A stretch of DNA of 64,000 nucleotides from an uncultured Thiomicrospira sp. (GCA_965195345.1 OZ239628.1:576001-640000), one strand, 5' to 3'; counted from the first letter of the stretch, positions 1-10,555 are shown. Program-made: numbers and translations. The notes: generated from the letters alone by a model not told the origin.

Positions 1-79
1 CCAAATTGAAATATAACGAAGAGTTGTTTAAGGGGTTATTTTATCTTTATTGCGTACTAAAGAAACTTTTTATTAAAGT

Positions 80-1135
80 TTATTGATTAAATAAAGAGGA
101 GGAAAACACGTTATGTGGATCAAAGGCGTTCTTAAGTCTTTCGTTTATTAGTTGTAATTCATCAGAGAGGGGCTGCTGATATATTGGCGAACTCCATCGT
201 TGAGCATAACCGCCTATGCTAGTCGCGTAGGCAAAAACTTCTTCGGCAGGTGCCTTTGTACGTAGCCAACGAACAGAACCGCCCCAATCAAGTATTAGTT
301 GTTCATCCAGCTCCATTCGTATTTCTGTGGCAGCAGCGGCAGAAATACGATACAAATTATCATTTTCTTGTTGTTTCATCGAAGGAAGCTCAAAATCACG
401 TATTTGATAAAATAATTCAGGAGAGGATTCTTCCCAATCTAAAATGTTCATTTTTGTAAGACAATCATCAATTGCACTTTTTCTGCCGTATAAACGTAAA
501 TGCAGCGCATTATTTACCCAGACTAATCCACTTATTGGGTAAGGCTTCTGTTGCCATTCAAGCATTTGTGCATGCGCTTGCTCAATTGGCATAAGGCATT
601 GTTTGTATACTTGAGTAGTGGGTATTGGGTTCAAGCGCAAACTCACTTCAGATAGAATTCCAAGTTGTCCCCAAGCTCCAACTTGTAACCTAAAAAGATC
701 AAAGCCTGCTACATTTTTAAAGACTTGCCCTCCGAACTGCAATATTTCGCCTAAGCCATTAATGAGCTTAATTCCAAGCAAACTATCACTCACACTTCCT
801 CCCCAAGGACGATTCGGCCCACAAAAACCTGTTGTAATTGAACCACCAATAGTAGCAGTATCAGATAGTATTGGTGGCTCAAAAGACAACATCTGCTTGT
901 TTTTCTTCAGAGCATCAAGAACTTCTAATAACGGTGTTCCACTGCGAACAGTCATAACCAATTCAGTTGGTTCATAGTTAATAATACCGGTGTGTTCAGT
1001 GGTACTTAATACCGTGTGCGAAGAATTAATCTGACGGAGATGGTTTTTACTGCCACCGCCTTGAATTAGTAATGTTGCTTTGCTTTCAGAAGCAGTTTTA
1101 ACGGCATCTGAAAAAATAAAGTCTCTGTTTTTCAT
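80..1135 (-). CDS. glcE: Glycolate oxidase FAD-binding subunit GlcE
   Basis: YEPTELVMTVRSGTPL, FEPP, GGQVFKNVAGFDL and C-terminal LKNAFDP motifs; directly downstream of glcD. Confidence 0.9.
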   Translation of the reverse strand: MKNRDFIFSDAVKTASESKATLLIQGGGSKNHLRQINSSHTVLSTTEHTGIINYEPTELVMTVRSGTPLLEVLDALKKNKQMLSFEPPILSDTATIGGSITTGFCGPNRPWGGSVSDSLLGIKLINGLGEILQFGGQVFKNVAGFDLFRLQVGAWGQLGILSEVSLRLNPIPTTQVYKQCLMPIEQAHAQMLEWQQKPYPISGLVWVNNALHLRLYGRKSAIDDCLTKMNILDWEESSPELFYQIRDFELPSMKQQENDNLYRISAAAATEIRMELDEQLILDWGGSVRWLRTKAPAEEVFAYATSIGGYAQRWSSPIYQQPLSDELQLINERLKNAFDPHNVFSSSLFNQ

Positions 1136-1136
1136 T

Positions 1137-2636
1137 TTAAAATCTGGGGATTTCAGGGTGAGGTATTTGATTGTTTTTTACGTGCATATGCCCAAATTCT
1201 GAACAGCGATGTAATGTCGGAATGGCTTTCTCAGGATTGAAAATAATAAATGGATCAATAGCTTTTTTGACTTTGTGGAATTGCTTTAATTCATGCGCGT
1301 TAAATTGCCCACACATTTGACCAATTTTTTCAATTCCAATGCCGTGTTCTCCTGAAATTGTGCCACCACAGTCAATACATAACTGGAGGATTTTACCCCC
1401 AAGCTCTTCGACCCTTTCAAGTGAACCTTCAATGCCACTATCAAACAATATAAGAGGGTGTAAATTACCATCACCGGCATGAAAGACATTGGCAACTGGT
1501 AGTTCATAATCTTCGGAGAGTTTTTGGATTTTTTCGAGTACCGTTGACAAATGTCTCCTAGGAATAGTTCCATCCATACAATAGTAATCAGGTGCAAGTT
1601 TGCCAATGGCTGGAAAGGCGGATTTTCTTCCTAACCAAAGTTTTTGCCGTTCTTCATCAGAATTTGATTGTTTCAAAAAAGTAGCATTATTTGCTTGTGC
1701 TATTTTTTCCACCTGTATCATTTGCTCTACTACTTCTTCGCGAACCCCATCAACCTCACATAAGAGAATGGCTTTGCAATGTTTGGGATAACCGCAATGA
1801 GCATAGTCTTCAGCCGCTTGCAAGGTAAATTGGTCCATCATTTCCAACCCAGCTGGCAAAATGCCTGCGGAGATAATGTCAGAAACACACATTGCTGCAT
1901 CTGAAACCTTATCAAATCCAGCGAGGAGTACTTTTTCTTCCGTTGGTACAGGAAGTAATTTGACAGTGATTTCAACAGTGATGCCCAAAAGCCCTTCTGA
2001 TCCAATAAATAAGCTTAGAAGGTTAAATCCGTTGTTATCAAGTGACTTCCCACCTATTTCTACTAATTTACCATTCGATAGGATAACTTTTAATCCTAAA
2101 ATATTGTTTACAGTTAATCCGTATTTTAAGCAATGTAGACCTCCTGCATTTTCGGCGACATTGCCACCAATACTGCAAGCGATTTGAGATGATGGATCGG
2201 GCGCAAAATACAATCCGAATGGACGAGTTTGATCGGATACATGCAAGTTTCGCACACCGGGTTGAACGGTTGCACATCGATTTTTTAAGTCAATATCAAG
2301 GATTTTATCCATTTTCCCAAAACTCAAGACAAGCCCATCTGGGTGTGGGACTGCTCCTCCAGATAATCCGGTTCCTGCTCCGCGGGGAACGATAGGAACA
2401 TTCAGTTTTTGGGCAATGCAAACAATGCGTTGTACTTGATCTGTATTTTCAGGGAGCGCTACTGCCAATGGTAACTGAGTATAGGCAGCCAGTCCGTCGC
2501 ATTCATAAGGTTTGAGTTCTGCAATCTCATGAAGAATATTTTTAGCAGGAAGAATTTGTAATAAAGCATCAATCAACAGTGCTTTTCTATCTGCCGTATT
2601 TGCTAAAGAAGAAGTCGGTATGTCATTCAAAGCCAT
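1137..2636 (-). CDS. glcD: Glycolate oxidase subunit GlcD
   Basis: PRGAGTGLSGG, APDPSSQIACSIGGNVAENAGG, FHAGDGNLHP, GEHGIG motifs. Confidence 0.93.
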   Translation of the reverse strand: MALNDIPTSSLANTADRKALLIDALLQILPAKNILHEIAELKPYECDGLAAYTQLPLAVALPENTDQVQRIVCIAQKLNVPIVPRGAGTGLSGGAVPHPDGLVLSFGKMDKILDIDLKNRCATVQPGVRNLHVSDQTRPFGLYFAPDPSSQIACSIGGNVAENAGGLHCLKYGLTVNNILGLKVILSNGKLVEIGGKSLDNNGFNLLSLFIGSEGLLGITVEITVKLLPVPTEEKVLLAGFDKVSDAAMCVSDIISAGILPAGLEMMDQFTLQAAEDYAHCGYPKHCKAILLCEVDGVREEVVEQMIQVEKIAQANNATFLKQSNSDEERQKLWLGRKSAFPAIGKLAPDYYCMDGTIPRRHLSTVLEKIQKLSEDYELPVANVFHAGDGNLHPLILFDSGIEGSLERVEELGGKILQLCIDCGGTISGEHGIGIEKIGQMCGQFNAHELKQFHKVKKAIDPFIIFNPEKAIPTLHRCSEFGHMHVKNNQIPHPEIPRF

Positions 2637-2656
2637 AGTAGATCAATAATCCGTTT

Positions 2657-3018
2657 TTAAAAACATTTTGAGTCATACGCTCGTGATATCAGAATAACTA
2701 TCCAAAATAGAATCGCAATTATTGAAACCAATACAACGGCGACACCCTGATTTTTGGTATTATTATCTGCTAACTCATGGTGTTTGTGGTTATAAAGGTC
2801 AACCGTCGACTCTATTGATGATTGTTACCGCAGGCACTAACAGATAAACTGCGAACAGTAATTAAGTGTTTTTTACATCGGTAACTAAGAATAATACCAA
2901 AGGAACAATGAGCAAAAATAACCATATCCCTAACAAATGATGCTTCTTTTCTCCAAATACTACGTAATCCTAATAGAGAATATTCTAATGCTTTTTTGAG
3001 TCGTACAATTGGTTGCAA
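2657..3018 (-). pseudogene. dgkA: Frameshifted diacylglycerol kinase (DgkA family)
   Basis: N-terminal KALEYSLLGLRSIWRKEASF in one frame; hydrophobic FLLIVPLVLFLVTDVKNT*LLFAVYLLVP in a second frame with an internal stop; C-terminal SIESTVDLYNHKHHELA..KNQGVAVVLVSIIAILFWIVIL in the third frame, ending TAA at 2657-2659. Confidence 0.8.
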
Positions 3019-3045
3019 AAATCACTCATAAAGCAAATTTGCACT

Positions 3046-3711
3046 TTATTGAAATTGACTGAAAAGATAGCTTGACTGGCGTCGGTTATCATCTAATAGG
3101 ACTTTTTCATAATCATCTATCACTGCTTTCTTGCTTTCTGGTAGGTTGATTAATGCTTGTGCCCATGATTTTATTTTTGGCACATGTGCATATAAATTCA
3201 TATGCGCATGTTTTTCAAAAAACTGTTGACGCCAGAAAAAAGTCGTGAATGCTATATCGGGCATCGTTAATTGATCGCCAGCGAAATAAGGACCTTGCAC
3301 ATAAGACTCAATAAAAGCAAGGCGAGCTTTTAAAACTTCCAGGTTTTTAGCATACACATCAGCGTCTGTTGTCATACTAAATTGATAATGAGTACCCAAT
3401 AAATCAGAAGCGAATTCGCACCAGCCCCGTTGATGTGCTTTGACAAGTGAATCTGTGCTATAAAGATTCAATTCACTCTTATCAGCTAGCCAGTCTGCGA
3501 TAACTTGTGATTCAAAGAGGATCGTTTCTTCGTTATTTTGTTCAACAATAAGCAATGGTACTTTGCCCAATGGTGAAATATCCAGAAACCATTGAGGAGG
3601 GCTTGATAAGTCGATAAACTTAATATCATAATCTTTTTTTGCGAGCTCAAGCACCATCGCCGCGCGTTGGACGAAAGGGCATAGATTAAAGCTGACAAGT
3701 GTTAGCTTCAT
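3046..3711 (-). CDS. Glutathione S-transferase family protein
   Basis: [25 protein letters not shown] motifs. Confidence 0.9.
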   Translation of the reverse strand: MKLTLVSFNLCPFVQRAAMVLELAKKDYDIKFIDLSSPPQWFLDISPLGKVPLLIVEQNNEETILFESQVIADWLADKSELNLYSTDSLVKAHQRGWCEFASDLLGTHYQFSMTTDADVYAKNLEVLKARLAFIESYVQGPYFAGDQLTMPDIAFTTFFWRQQFFEKHAHMNLYAHVPKIKSWAQALINLPESKKAVIDDYEKVLLDDNRRQSSYLFSQFQ

Positions 3712-4118
3712 TGCCAGTTACCTATATCAGCGTTAACGCCGTCTCCACCAGGTGTGCCATCAGCTCCATAAGAGAGAATGTCATAGGAGCCGTTAGTACC
3801 GGGGCTGAGGTATTGATAATCAGAACCCCAAGGATCTTTGGGGAGACGCTCCAGATACTTTCCTTGGAGAATTTGCAGACCTTGTCCTGTATCTGGATAT
3901 TTAAAATTATCAAGCTTATAAAGACTAATAGCACTGTCAAAAATTCTTATGTCTTGTTTGGCTTTTTCGACTCGAGCTTGATCAGGGCGATCCAGTAATT
4001 TAGGTACGACAATGGTTGCCAAAATCCCAAGAATCACCACTACCACCATTATTTCAATAAGGGTGAATCCCTGTTGTTTTTTTTTGCAATTTCTTTTCGA
4101 AAATGTTTTTTTCATCAT
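3708..4118 (-). CDS. gspG: Type II secretion major pseudopilin GspG
   Basis: [19 protein letters not shown] prepilin cleavage motif; LPKDPWG..YQY; SYGADG..GGDG.NADIGNW. Confidence 0.92.
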   Translation of the reverse strand: MMKKTFSKRNCKKKQQGFTLIEIMVVVVILGILATIVVPKLLDRPDQARVEKAKQDIRIFDSAISLYKLDNFKYPDTGQGLQILQGKYLERLPKDPWGSDYQYLSPGTNGSYDILSYGADGTPGGDGVNADIGNWQ

Positions 4119-5284
4119 GATTTAGATTCCTCATAAATGCGCTTATGGTTACTTATACGTGCAAGGCGAAAATGTCCTGTTGTATAGTAGTCAATATTAC
4201 ATTCGCTACCATCTTCAGGCAATTGATAGTTATAAAATTCAATGTACTGTTTGTAATCCAACTCTTTACGATCTTCAAACATTTTTTTATGTTGTTGTGA
4301 CTTTAAATGATCCTTATACCCTTTAACGAGCGTACCCGAAAAAAACTCTGCACTGAAACCAGAACCATAGCTAAATAAGCCGATCTGCTGTTCGCTTAAA
4401 TCGGCATCATGATTATCAAGCAATGAACACAGTGCAATATAAAGCGAAGCGGTGTATGAATTACCAACTAATCGATTGTACACCAAGCTTGATTTTGCCT
4501 TATTAATACGCTCAGCCAATTCACCCGGTTGATGACGGAACAATAATTTTAGCGCTTTTTCTGCAATGCGCGTAAATGGAAGATGAAAGAGCAAGTGTGA
4601 AATATCTTGTAAGGTGCATGAAAACTTTTGGTGATAACGTTTAGAACACTCTTGTAATGCATTTAAATACACTTTGGTTGAGTATTTGCCATCAACTATG
4701 GCCTCATTACGGTAGTTGGGACGCCAAAAGTCCATAACGTCTCCCGTATAAGTGGCGGACTTTCCACTTAACTCTAATATTCGAGGGTTTGCGCTAATAA
4801 GCATTGCGATTGCACCACACCCCTGTGTCGCCTCGCCTGGAGAATTAGCCTCGTAGCGGGCATTATCCGAGCTAATAATTAATACTTTTTGACTGGGGGT
4901 TTCTTGAGCAATCATGCGTGCCATTTGTACTGCAAAAGTGCTACTATAACAGGCTTGTTTAAGCTCAATAATACGGCAATCATCTTTTAAACCAAGAAGG
5001 CGATGCGCAAAAATACCAGCGGATTTTGATTGATCTACCCCTGTCTCAGTTGCAAACAGAACTGTTTTTATATTATCAATGTTTTCATTTTCTAAAATAA
5101 TTTTAGCCGCGTTTGCTCCAAGAGTAACTACGTCTTCGTCAGGAGGCATGATGCTCATTTTTTCCTGACCAATTCCTTCATAATATTTAGTTCTATCTTG
5201 CCCTTGGGCAACCGCTAATTCAGCTAAATCAAGATAGAATGGTGAAGTGTAGAATGCGAGTGCATCGATACCAACGGAAGTCAT
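4115..5284 (-). CDS. mvaS: Hydroxymethylglutaryl-CoA synthase
   Basis: [17 protein letters not shown] (catalytic Cys), [26 protein letters not shown]. Confidence 0.95.
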   Translation of the reverse strand: MTSVGIDALAFYTSPFYLDLAELAVAQGQDRTKYYEGIGQEKMSIMPPDEDVVTLGANAAKIILENENIDNIKTVLFATETGVDQSKSAGIFAHRLLGLKDDCRIIELKQACYSSTFAVQMARMIAQETPSQKVLIISSDNARYEANSPGEATQGCGAIAMLISANPRILELSGKSATYTGDVMDFWRPNYRNEAIVDGKYSTKVYLNALQECSKRYHQKFSCTLQDISHLLFHLPFTRIAEKALKLLFRHQPGELAERINKAKSSLVYNRLVGNSYTASLYIALCSLLDNHDADLSEQQIGLFSYGSGFSAEFFSGTLVKGYKDHLKSQQHKKMFEDRKELDYKQYIEFYNYQLPEDGSECNIDYYTTGHFRLARISNHKRIYEESKS

Positions 5285-5320
5285 ATTTTATTTATTGTTT
5301 TGGGAAGATATTTTCTGCCA

Positions 5321-5329
5321 ATTATACCA
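5321..5329 (-). promoter_or_regulatory. Extended -10 promoter (TGgTATAAT) upstream of mvaS
   Basis: Consensus TGn-TATAAT in the 58-bp idi-mvaS gap. Confidence 0.55.
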
Positions 5330-5342
5330 ACGGCAACACCTA

Positions 5343-6359
5343 TTAAGATAGTAATAAATTCGAATTATTGCGTGCTTGCTCAATTGTTTGTACTGAGCAT
5401 AAAAACATTGCTGTTTTGAGTTGCAATTGAAACTGCTCTAAGGAGTTTATTACAGCATCGCTGCTTTCGGTGGCTGGCTGTAAAAGAGGGGCAGCCGAAG
5501 CACAAAGTCGTGCACCTAAAATGATTGCTTTTAGCATGTCAATTCCATTACGAATTCCACCACTCGCGATCAAATTAAAATTAGGGAAAAGCTCATTAGC
5601 CATACGGAGTACATGGGGTGTTGGGATACCCCAATCCTGAAAAATTAACCCTAGATCATCTTCATGACGGCGATGATTCTCAACACGACTCCAAGATGTG
5701 CCACCTTTTCCTGCCACATCCAACCAACGAACGCCAGCTTGTTGCAAAAGTTGCATGTCTTTTTCGCTAAAACCGCATCCTATTTCTTTAACTAACACAG
5801 GCACATCTAAGTAATCACATACTTCAGCAATGCGATCTGCAAGGTGAAGAAAATTGCGATTTCCTTCAGGTTGTATGCATTCTTGTAAAGGGTTAAGGTG
5901 TAGATATAAAGCGTCGGCATCAATTGAAGATATTATGGATTTCAAAGTATTCTTATCTACGCCATTATTGAGTTGGATTGCACCTATATTAGCAATAATA
6001 GGCACATTTGGTGCGTACTTTCTTAGCTGAAAACTTTGTACTGCATCTTCATTTTTTAGCATGACACGTTGCGATCCAACGGCCATGGCAACTCCTACAT
6101 GCTCTGCTGCCATCGCTAAGTTTTGATTTATTTTGGATAATTCTGCACTACTGCCACCAGTCATTGAAGAAATAATAAAAGGAAAACTGATGGATTTTCT
6201 TAAAAAGAGTACATTAGTATCGACGCTGTCGAAGTCTATTTCTGGCAGCGCATGATGCTTTAGATGCATTTGGGTAAAATAATTACCATTCCTATCGATG
6301 TCATGATCAAAGGAAAAGGCTTTTATATGGTCTTTTTTTCGCTCGTTAACTTTACTCAT
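5343..6359 (-). CDS. fni: Type 2 isopentenyl-diphosphate isomerase (FMN-dependent)
   Basis: RKKDHI, SMTGG, VGSQR, HLNPLQE.IQPEG, KEIGCG, GGTSW, ASGGIRNG. Confidence 0.95.
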   Translation of the reverse strand: MSKVNERKKDHIKAFSFDHDIDRNGNYFTQMHLKHHALPEIDFDSVDTNVLFLRKSISFPFIISSMTGGSSAELSKINQNLAMAAEHVGVAMAVGSQRVMLKNEDAVQSFQLRKYAPNVPIIANIGAIQLNNGVDKNTLKSIISSIDADALYLHLNPLQECIQPEGNRNFLHLADRIAEVCDYLDVPVLVKEIGCGFSEKDMQLLQQAGVRWLDVAGKGGTSWSRVENHRRHEDDLGLIFQDWGIPTPHVLRMANELFPNFNLIASGGIRNGIDMLKAIILGARLCASAAPLLQPATESSDAVINSLEQFQLQLKTAMFLCSVQTIEQARNNSNLLLS

Positions 6360-6366
6360 TTGTACT

Positions 6367-7407
6367 TTAGCGCTCTAACCGTAAATGTGATTCAACAAGC
6401 TCTCCTTCATTTGTTTGCGCCGCCAGCAATGAGAGTTCCCCACATGCGACTGCAGCGGCAGCAATAACCGCCAATCTTCTAGCGTTATCACCTGCATTTC
6501 TTTGTGCTCTACAACCTAAAATTTCAAGGTGTTCGATAATGGCAGTGTTATTTTTTCCATTACCTACTGAACCAACAATAAGATTAGGGATGGTGACAGA
6601 AAAATACAAATCTTCATCGCGTGCCTCAAGGTGAGTCATACCTTGCGACCCTTCAACTATATTGGCTGCGTCTTGACCAGTAGCAAGGTAGAAAGCCAGC
6701 AACATATTGGCAAAGTGGGCATTAGCAGACCGTAGAGAACCAGCAAGAATTGAGCCATTGAGATTTTTACATATATGCAGCTTAACCATGCGATCAGCCG
6801 TTGTTCGTAAGTAGCGAGTCAGAATCCTTTTGGGAATGACACACTCGGCAATCATCTCACGACCGCGCCCAAGTAAACCATTGATAGCGGATGCTTTTTT
6901 ATCGGTGCACATGTTAGCAGAAATTGATCCGTATCGTAATTGAGGATGCTTTTTCAATAACCATTTTTGAATGATTTCACTTGCTTGCGTGGACATATTA
7001 TGGCCACTGGCATCTCCTGTGGTGAAACTCAATCTCAAATATAAATTATTGCCTAAAAAATGAGGCGTTATTTTTTTCAGTCGCGTGAAACGACTTTTTT
7101 TCCGTATTTCAGCATCAAGTTCTTCAAATTGTGAGCTAAGAGAAGTTGCTACTTTATGCGCTTCAACAGCACTGTTTAAATTAAATGCAATGGATCGGGT
7201 CATTTGCTCCGACGTCATGGTAACATTTAATCCACCGCTTTGAGTAAGCACTCGTGCTCCTCTATTGACTGAGGGCCACAGAGGGATTTCAAAAGTTGCT
7301 AGAGGAATTTGAATCTGTTCTTTATCAGTCCATTCGCTATTAATAAGAACGGGTCCAACCCACTTGGTCGGTATAGGTGTAAAACTGATTTTTTGCTTGT
7401 CTTGCAT
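6367..7407 (-). CDS. mvaA: HMG-CoA reductase (short bacterial Streptomyces/Paracoccus-type)
   Basis: PLATFEIPLWPSVNRG, TGDASGHNM, SAN.CTDKK, ATGQDAAN, GELSLLAA; start at ATG 7407 or GTG 7428. Confidence 0.92.
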   Translation of the reverse strand: MQDKQKISFTPIPTKWVGPVLINSEWTDKEQIQIPLATFEIPLWPSVNRGARVLTQSGGLNVTMTSEQMTRSIAFNLNSAVEAHKVATSLSSQFEELDAEIRKKSRFTRLKKITPHFLGNNLYLRLSFTTGDASGHNMSTQASEIIQKWLLKKHPQLRYGSISANMCTDKKASAINGLLGRGREMIAECVIPKRILTRYLRTTADRMVKLHICKNLNGSILAGSLRSANAHFANMLLAFYLATGQDAANIVEGSQGMTHLEARDEDLYFSVTIPNLIVGSVGNGKNNTAIIEHLEILGCRAQRNAGDNARRLAVIAAAAVACGELSLLAAQTNEGELVESHLRLER

Positions 7408-7522
7408 AGAGAGGGCGGATTCTACCACTGAGTAAGGTTGTCTGCTAAGGTGAAAATAAACTGTTGATACAGAGATTTCTTCCCAATGCTAAGGTAGGGT
7501 ATTATCATCTGCATTTAACAGA

Positions 7523-8923
7523 TTAATTTAACAAATCAAGTTTCCCAGGCAACCAAAGCACAATTGTTGGTGCTGCTATAAGTGTTGCAATAGTTATCAA
7601 ATCTGCAAAGAAGAAAGGCATACAACCTTTAAATACATCGTCAACAGTGCATTCAGGTCGTATGCTTGCTACCACAAAGCAATTTAACCCAATTGGCGGG
7701 GTGATTAGACATAATTCAACCATCTTTACTACGATTATGCCAAACCAAATAGCACAACCAGTAGCGTCTACACCAAATGCCGAATCTGCAGCACTGACTG
7801 TTTCTCCCCCGTTAAGAGCAATAATAGCAGGGAATATCACGGGTAAAGTCAAGATAAGCATGCCGATGGCATCCATAAACATACCCAGTATGGCATAGGC
7901 GCATAGGATCAAAATCAATGTAATGTAGGGGCTGTGTTCAAGTGACTGAATCCAGATTGAAAAAGCTTCTGGAAGGTTAGCGAATCCTAAAAAACGGACG
8001 TAAATCAACACACCCCAGATGATAGCGAATATCATGGCTGTGAGTTTTGCTGTTTCAAGCAGGGTGTTGAGGATGGTTTGATAACGCATGCCCCTATAAA
8101 TGGCGTAACAAAAGATGACAAAAGCACCCAATGCACCCGCTTCGGTTGGAGTTCCTATGCCCGTATATATGCATACAAATATCGTGCCAATAACGAAAAA
8201 TATCGGCATAGTTGCAGGAAGAGCACTGAAGCGCTCAGTCCAAGAATAGCCTCGTACGGGAGGTCCAAAATCTTTGATAAACCAAGCAAGAAGTACTACG
8301 ATGGCAGCGTAAATAATTGCCGATACCGACCCGGGAAGAAATCCTGCAACGAGCAATGCACCAACATCTTGTTCAACGATGATGGCATAGATCACCAATA
8401 TGGCTGATGGAGGGATTAAAGTCGCCAGCGTTCCTCCAGCGGCAACAACACCTGCTGCAAAGCGTTTGTTATAACCTAATGCCAACATCTCTGGGATGGC
8501 TACACGTGCAAAAACAGCGGAAGTTGCAATTGATGCACCAGAAACGGCAGCAAATCCAGCGGTAGAAAATACTGTTGCAACGCCTATTCCACCTGGAAGC
8601 CAACCAACCCAACGTTTGGCTGCCGTAAAAATTGCTTTAGTTAGCCCCGCGTGGAAAGCAAGAAAGCCCACTAAAATGAAAGTTGGAATGAGCGACAATG
8701 CAAGCGTAGAAACCTTTGAATGCGGAATAATTCCTACTGTTTTTATAGCAACTAAAAATCCTTTTTCAAAACCAAATCGCAAAGAAAATATCCATAATAA
8801 TCCGATAAATCCTGCCAATGCTGCAGCGAAAGCAACACGCATACCGAAGACAATGAGCAAAAGCATAAAGCCACTAACCCATAGGCTGATATGCAATGTA
8901 TCGATGTTGAAAAAATCAAACAA
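7523..8923 (-). CDS. TRAP transporter large permease DctM
   Basis: AAVSGAS, GGTLATLIPPS, TPTEAGA, ITPPIGLN; highly hydrophobic; TTG start. Confidence 0.93.
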   Translation of the reverse strand: MFDFFNIDTLHISLWVSGFMLLLIVFGMRVAFAAALAGFIGLLWIFSLRFGFEKGFLVAIKTVGIIPHSKVSTLALSLIPTFILVGFLAFHAGLTKAIFTAAKRWVGWLPGGIGVATVFSTAGFAAVSGASIATSAVFARVAIPEMLALGYNKRFAAGVVAAGGTLATLIPPSAILVIYAIIVEQDVGALLVAGFLPGSVSAIIYAAIVVLLAWFIKDFGPPVRGYSWTERFSALPATMPIFFVIGTIFVCIYTGIGTPTEAGALGAFVIFCYAIYRGMRYQTILNTLLETAKLTAMIFAIIWGVLIYVRFLGFANLPEAFSIWIQSLEHSPYITLILILCAYAILGMFMDAIGMLILTLPVIFPAIIALNGGETVSAADSAFGVDATGCAIWFGIIVVKMVELCLITPPIGLNCFVVASIRPECTVDDVFKGCMPFFFADLITIATLIAAPTIVLWLPGKLDLLN

Positions 8924-8925
8924 AA

Positions 8926-9525
8926 CTATTTGTCCATACTATCTTGAGGAACGATATCTTCAATCAACGGTACAGCAACAGGGTAATCTTGACGATTAAT
9001 AAATGCACGAGAGTATCCCCATATTTGTAAAAAAAGGCGCACAGCTACTGCGCTTAACATGATGGGCACAATCAATTTTGCTGGCCATATTGGCAGATCA
9101 ATATCAAGCGACGAGTCCCCAAGTTGCCAAGCACGTAGAAAGTGTAACCACGTGCCGTAAATAAGGATACAGGTTAATAAGAACATAACCGATGTGGTAA
9201 TAGCCTCAATCAACCAAAGCATTCGTTTATTGATTTTCCTTAGAATGATATCCATGCGGATATGCCCTCCAAGACGCTGTGTGTAAGCAATTGCCAGAAA
9301 AGCTAAAAAAGCCATGGCTTGTTCCGTCCAGTCTATATACCCACTTATAGGCAGATTAAATATCCAACGACCAAGAACGTTTATAGTAGTCAAAAGAATC
9401 ACTAAAAATATAACGATTCCGCCAGCAATCGCACTAAGCTTTTCAAGCTTGTGAAGTTTTTGGTCAATACGACTAAGTAAAGAGTCGTCTTGACCTATTG
9501 AAGAGGGTGAAGGCACAATAAGCAA
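8926..9525 (-). CDS. TRAP transporter small permease DctQ
   Basis: Four TM segments, GGHIRMD motif, lies between dctP and dctM. Confidence 0.9.
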   Translation of the reverse strand: MLIVPSPSSIGQDDSLLSRIDQKLHKLEKLSAIAGGIVIFLVILLTTINVLGRWIFNLPISGYIDWTEQAMAFLAFLAIAYTQRLGGHIRMDIILRKINKRMLWLIEAITTSVMFLLTCILIYGTWLHFLRAWQLGDSSLDIDLPIWPAKLIVPIMLSAVAVRLFLQIWGYSRAFINRQDYPVAVPLIEDIVPQDSMDK

Positions 9526-9554
9526 ACTATCTGGTTTATAAAAACCAGATAGTT
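9525..9554. terminator. 13-bp perfect hairpin between dctP and dctQ
   Basis: AACTATCTGGTTT-ataa-AAACCAGATAGTT. Confidence 0.6.
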
Positions 9555-9559
9555 AAGAA

Positions 9560-10555
9560 CTATTCTTTGAACAGTTTTTCTGTGTAATCAAAGAGTGCTT
9601 GTGCGTCAAAGTTCTTTTTGTTATTCTTTACCCACTCTTGACGAACGTCTTCAGCCAAAGCATTCAATTTTTTTGTCTGTTCAGGTGTAAAAGTAACTAA
9701 CTCAAGACCTTGCTTTTTAATGGTTTCTTCGTATTGCTTGGTCGCATTGTTTTCGTAATTTTCCACATAGAATTGAGTGGCATCATCAGCCGAACTCAAT
9801 AAAATGTCGCGATTCTTTTTGCTTAAATCGTTTAGAGCTTCGGTATTGACGACGACTGGACAATTGGCTGTTCCAAGATTAAGGTTTGTGGTTGCCCATT
9901 TACCTACCCTATATGATTTGGTTGCTAGATGAGCATGTGGCGCAAAAGAGGCGGCATCAATGACACCCGAATCCATTGCTTGGCGTACTTCAGGAAAAGG
10001 AACGCTTGTTTTAGTTGCTCCAACTTTGCTAAGCACACCGAGTATTCCACCTGGTCCTCTAATTCTTAGCCCATCGAAATCGTTCAGTGATTTCAATGGA
10101 TCGCTTTTTGAAATGATGCTGTATTGAGGCATTGGAGTAGGCATTAACAATTGGGCATTCCAGCGAGCCAAGTCTTTGACAACTATAGGGTGTTTATAAA
10201 CAGTGACATAAATAGAAGCTAATTCGCTTAAAGAAACATCCTGTGAAAAAGGCAGTTCAGTTACAGTAATTGAAGGATTTTTATCTTTATGATAAAAAGA
10301 ACAAAACTGAGCCATTTGAAAGGCACCTATATAAATGCCATCTAAATTTTCTTTGGGTTTTGATAATCCACCGTAAGATATGCGTAACTTAAATTCGCCA
10401 TTACTACGTTTGTCTACTAATTCAGCCAGTTTTTCAACGTTTTCAGTAAAAGCACGACGTTTTCCCCATAGGGATACATCCCAAACGGTTGCGGCAATTG
10501 CGTTTCCTGCCAAAGATAAGAGCACACTGGTTATTAAAAATCGAAGTATTAACAC
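9560..10555 (-). CDS. TRAP transporter substrate-binding protein DctP
   Basis: Signal peptide (..NAIA), DFDGLRIR, PFPEVRQAMDSGVID; GAGGAG RBS before GTG. Confidence 0.9.
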   Translation of the reverse strand: MLILRFLITSVLLSLAGNAIAATVWDVSLWGKRRAFTENVEKLAELVDKRSNGEFKLRISYGGLSKPKENLDGIYIGAFQMAQFCSFYHKDKNPSITVTELPFSQDVSLSELASIYVTVYKHPIVVKDLARWNAQLLMPTPMPQYSIISKSDPLKSLNDFDGLRIRGPGGILGVLSKVGATKTSVPFPEVRQAMDSGVIDAASFAPHAHLATKSYRVGKWATTNLNLGTANCPVVVNTEALNDLSKKNRDILLSSADDATQFYVENYENNATKQYEETIKKQGLELVTFTPEQTKKLNALAEDVRQEWVKNNKKNFDAQALFDYTEKLFKE

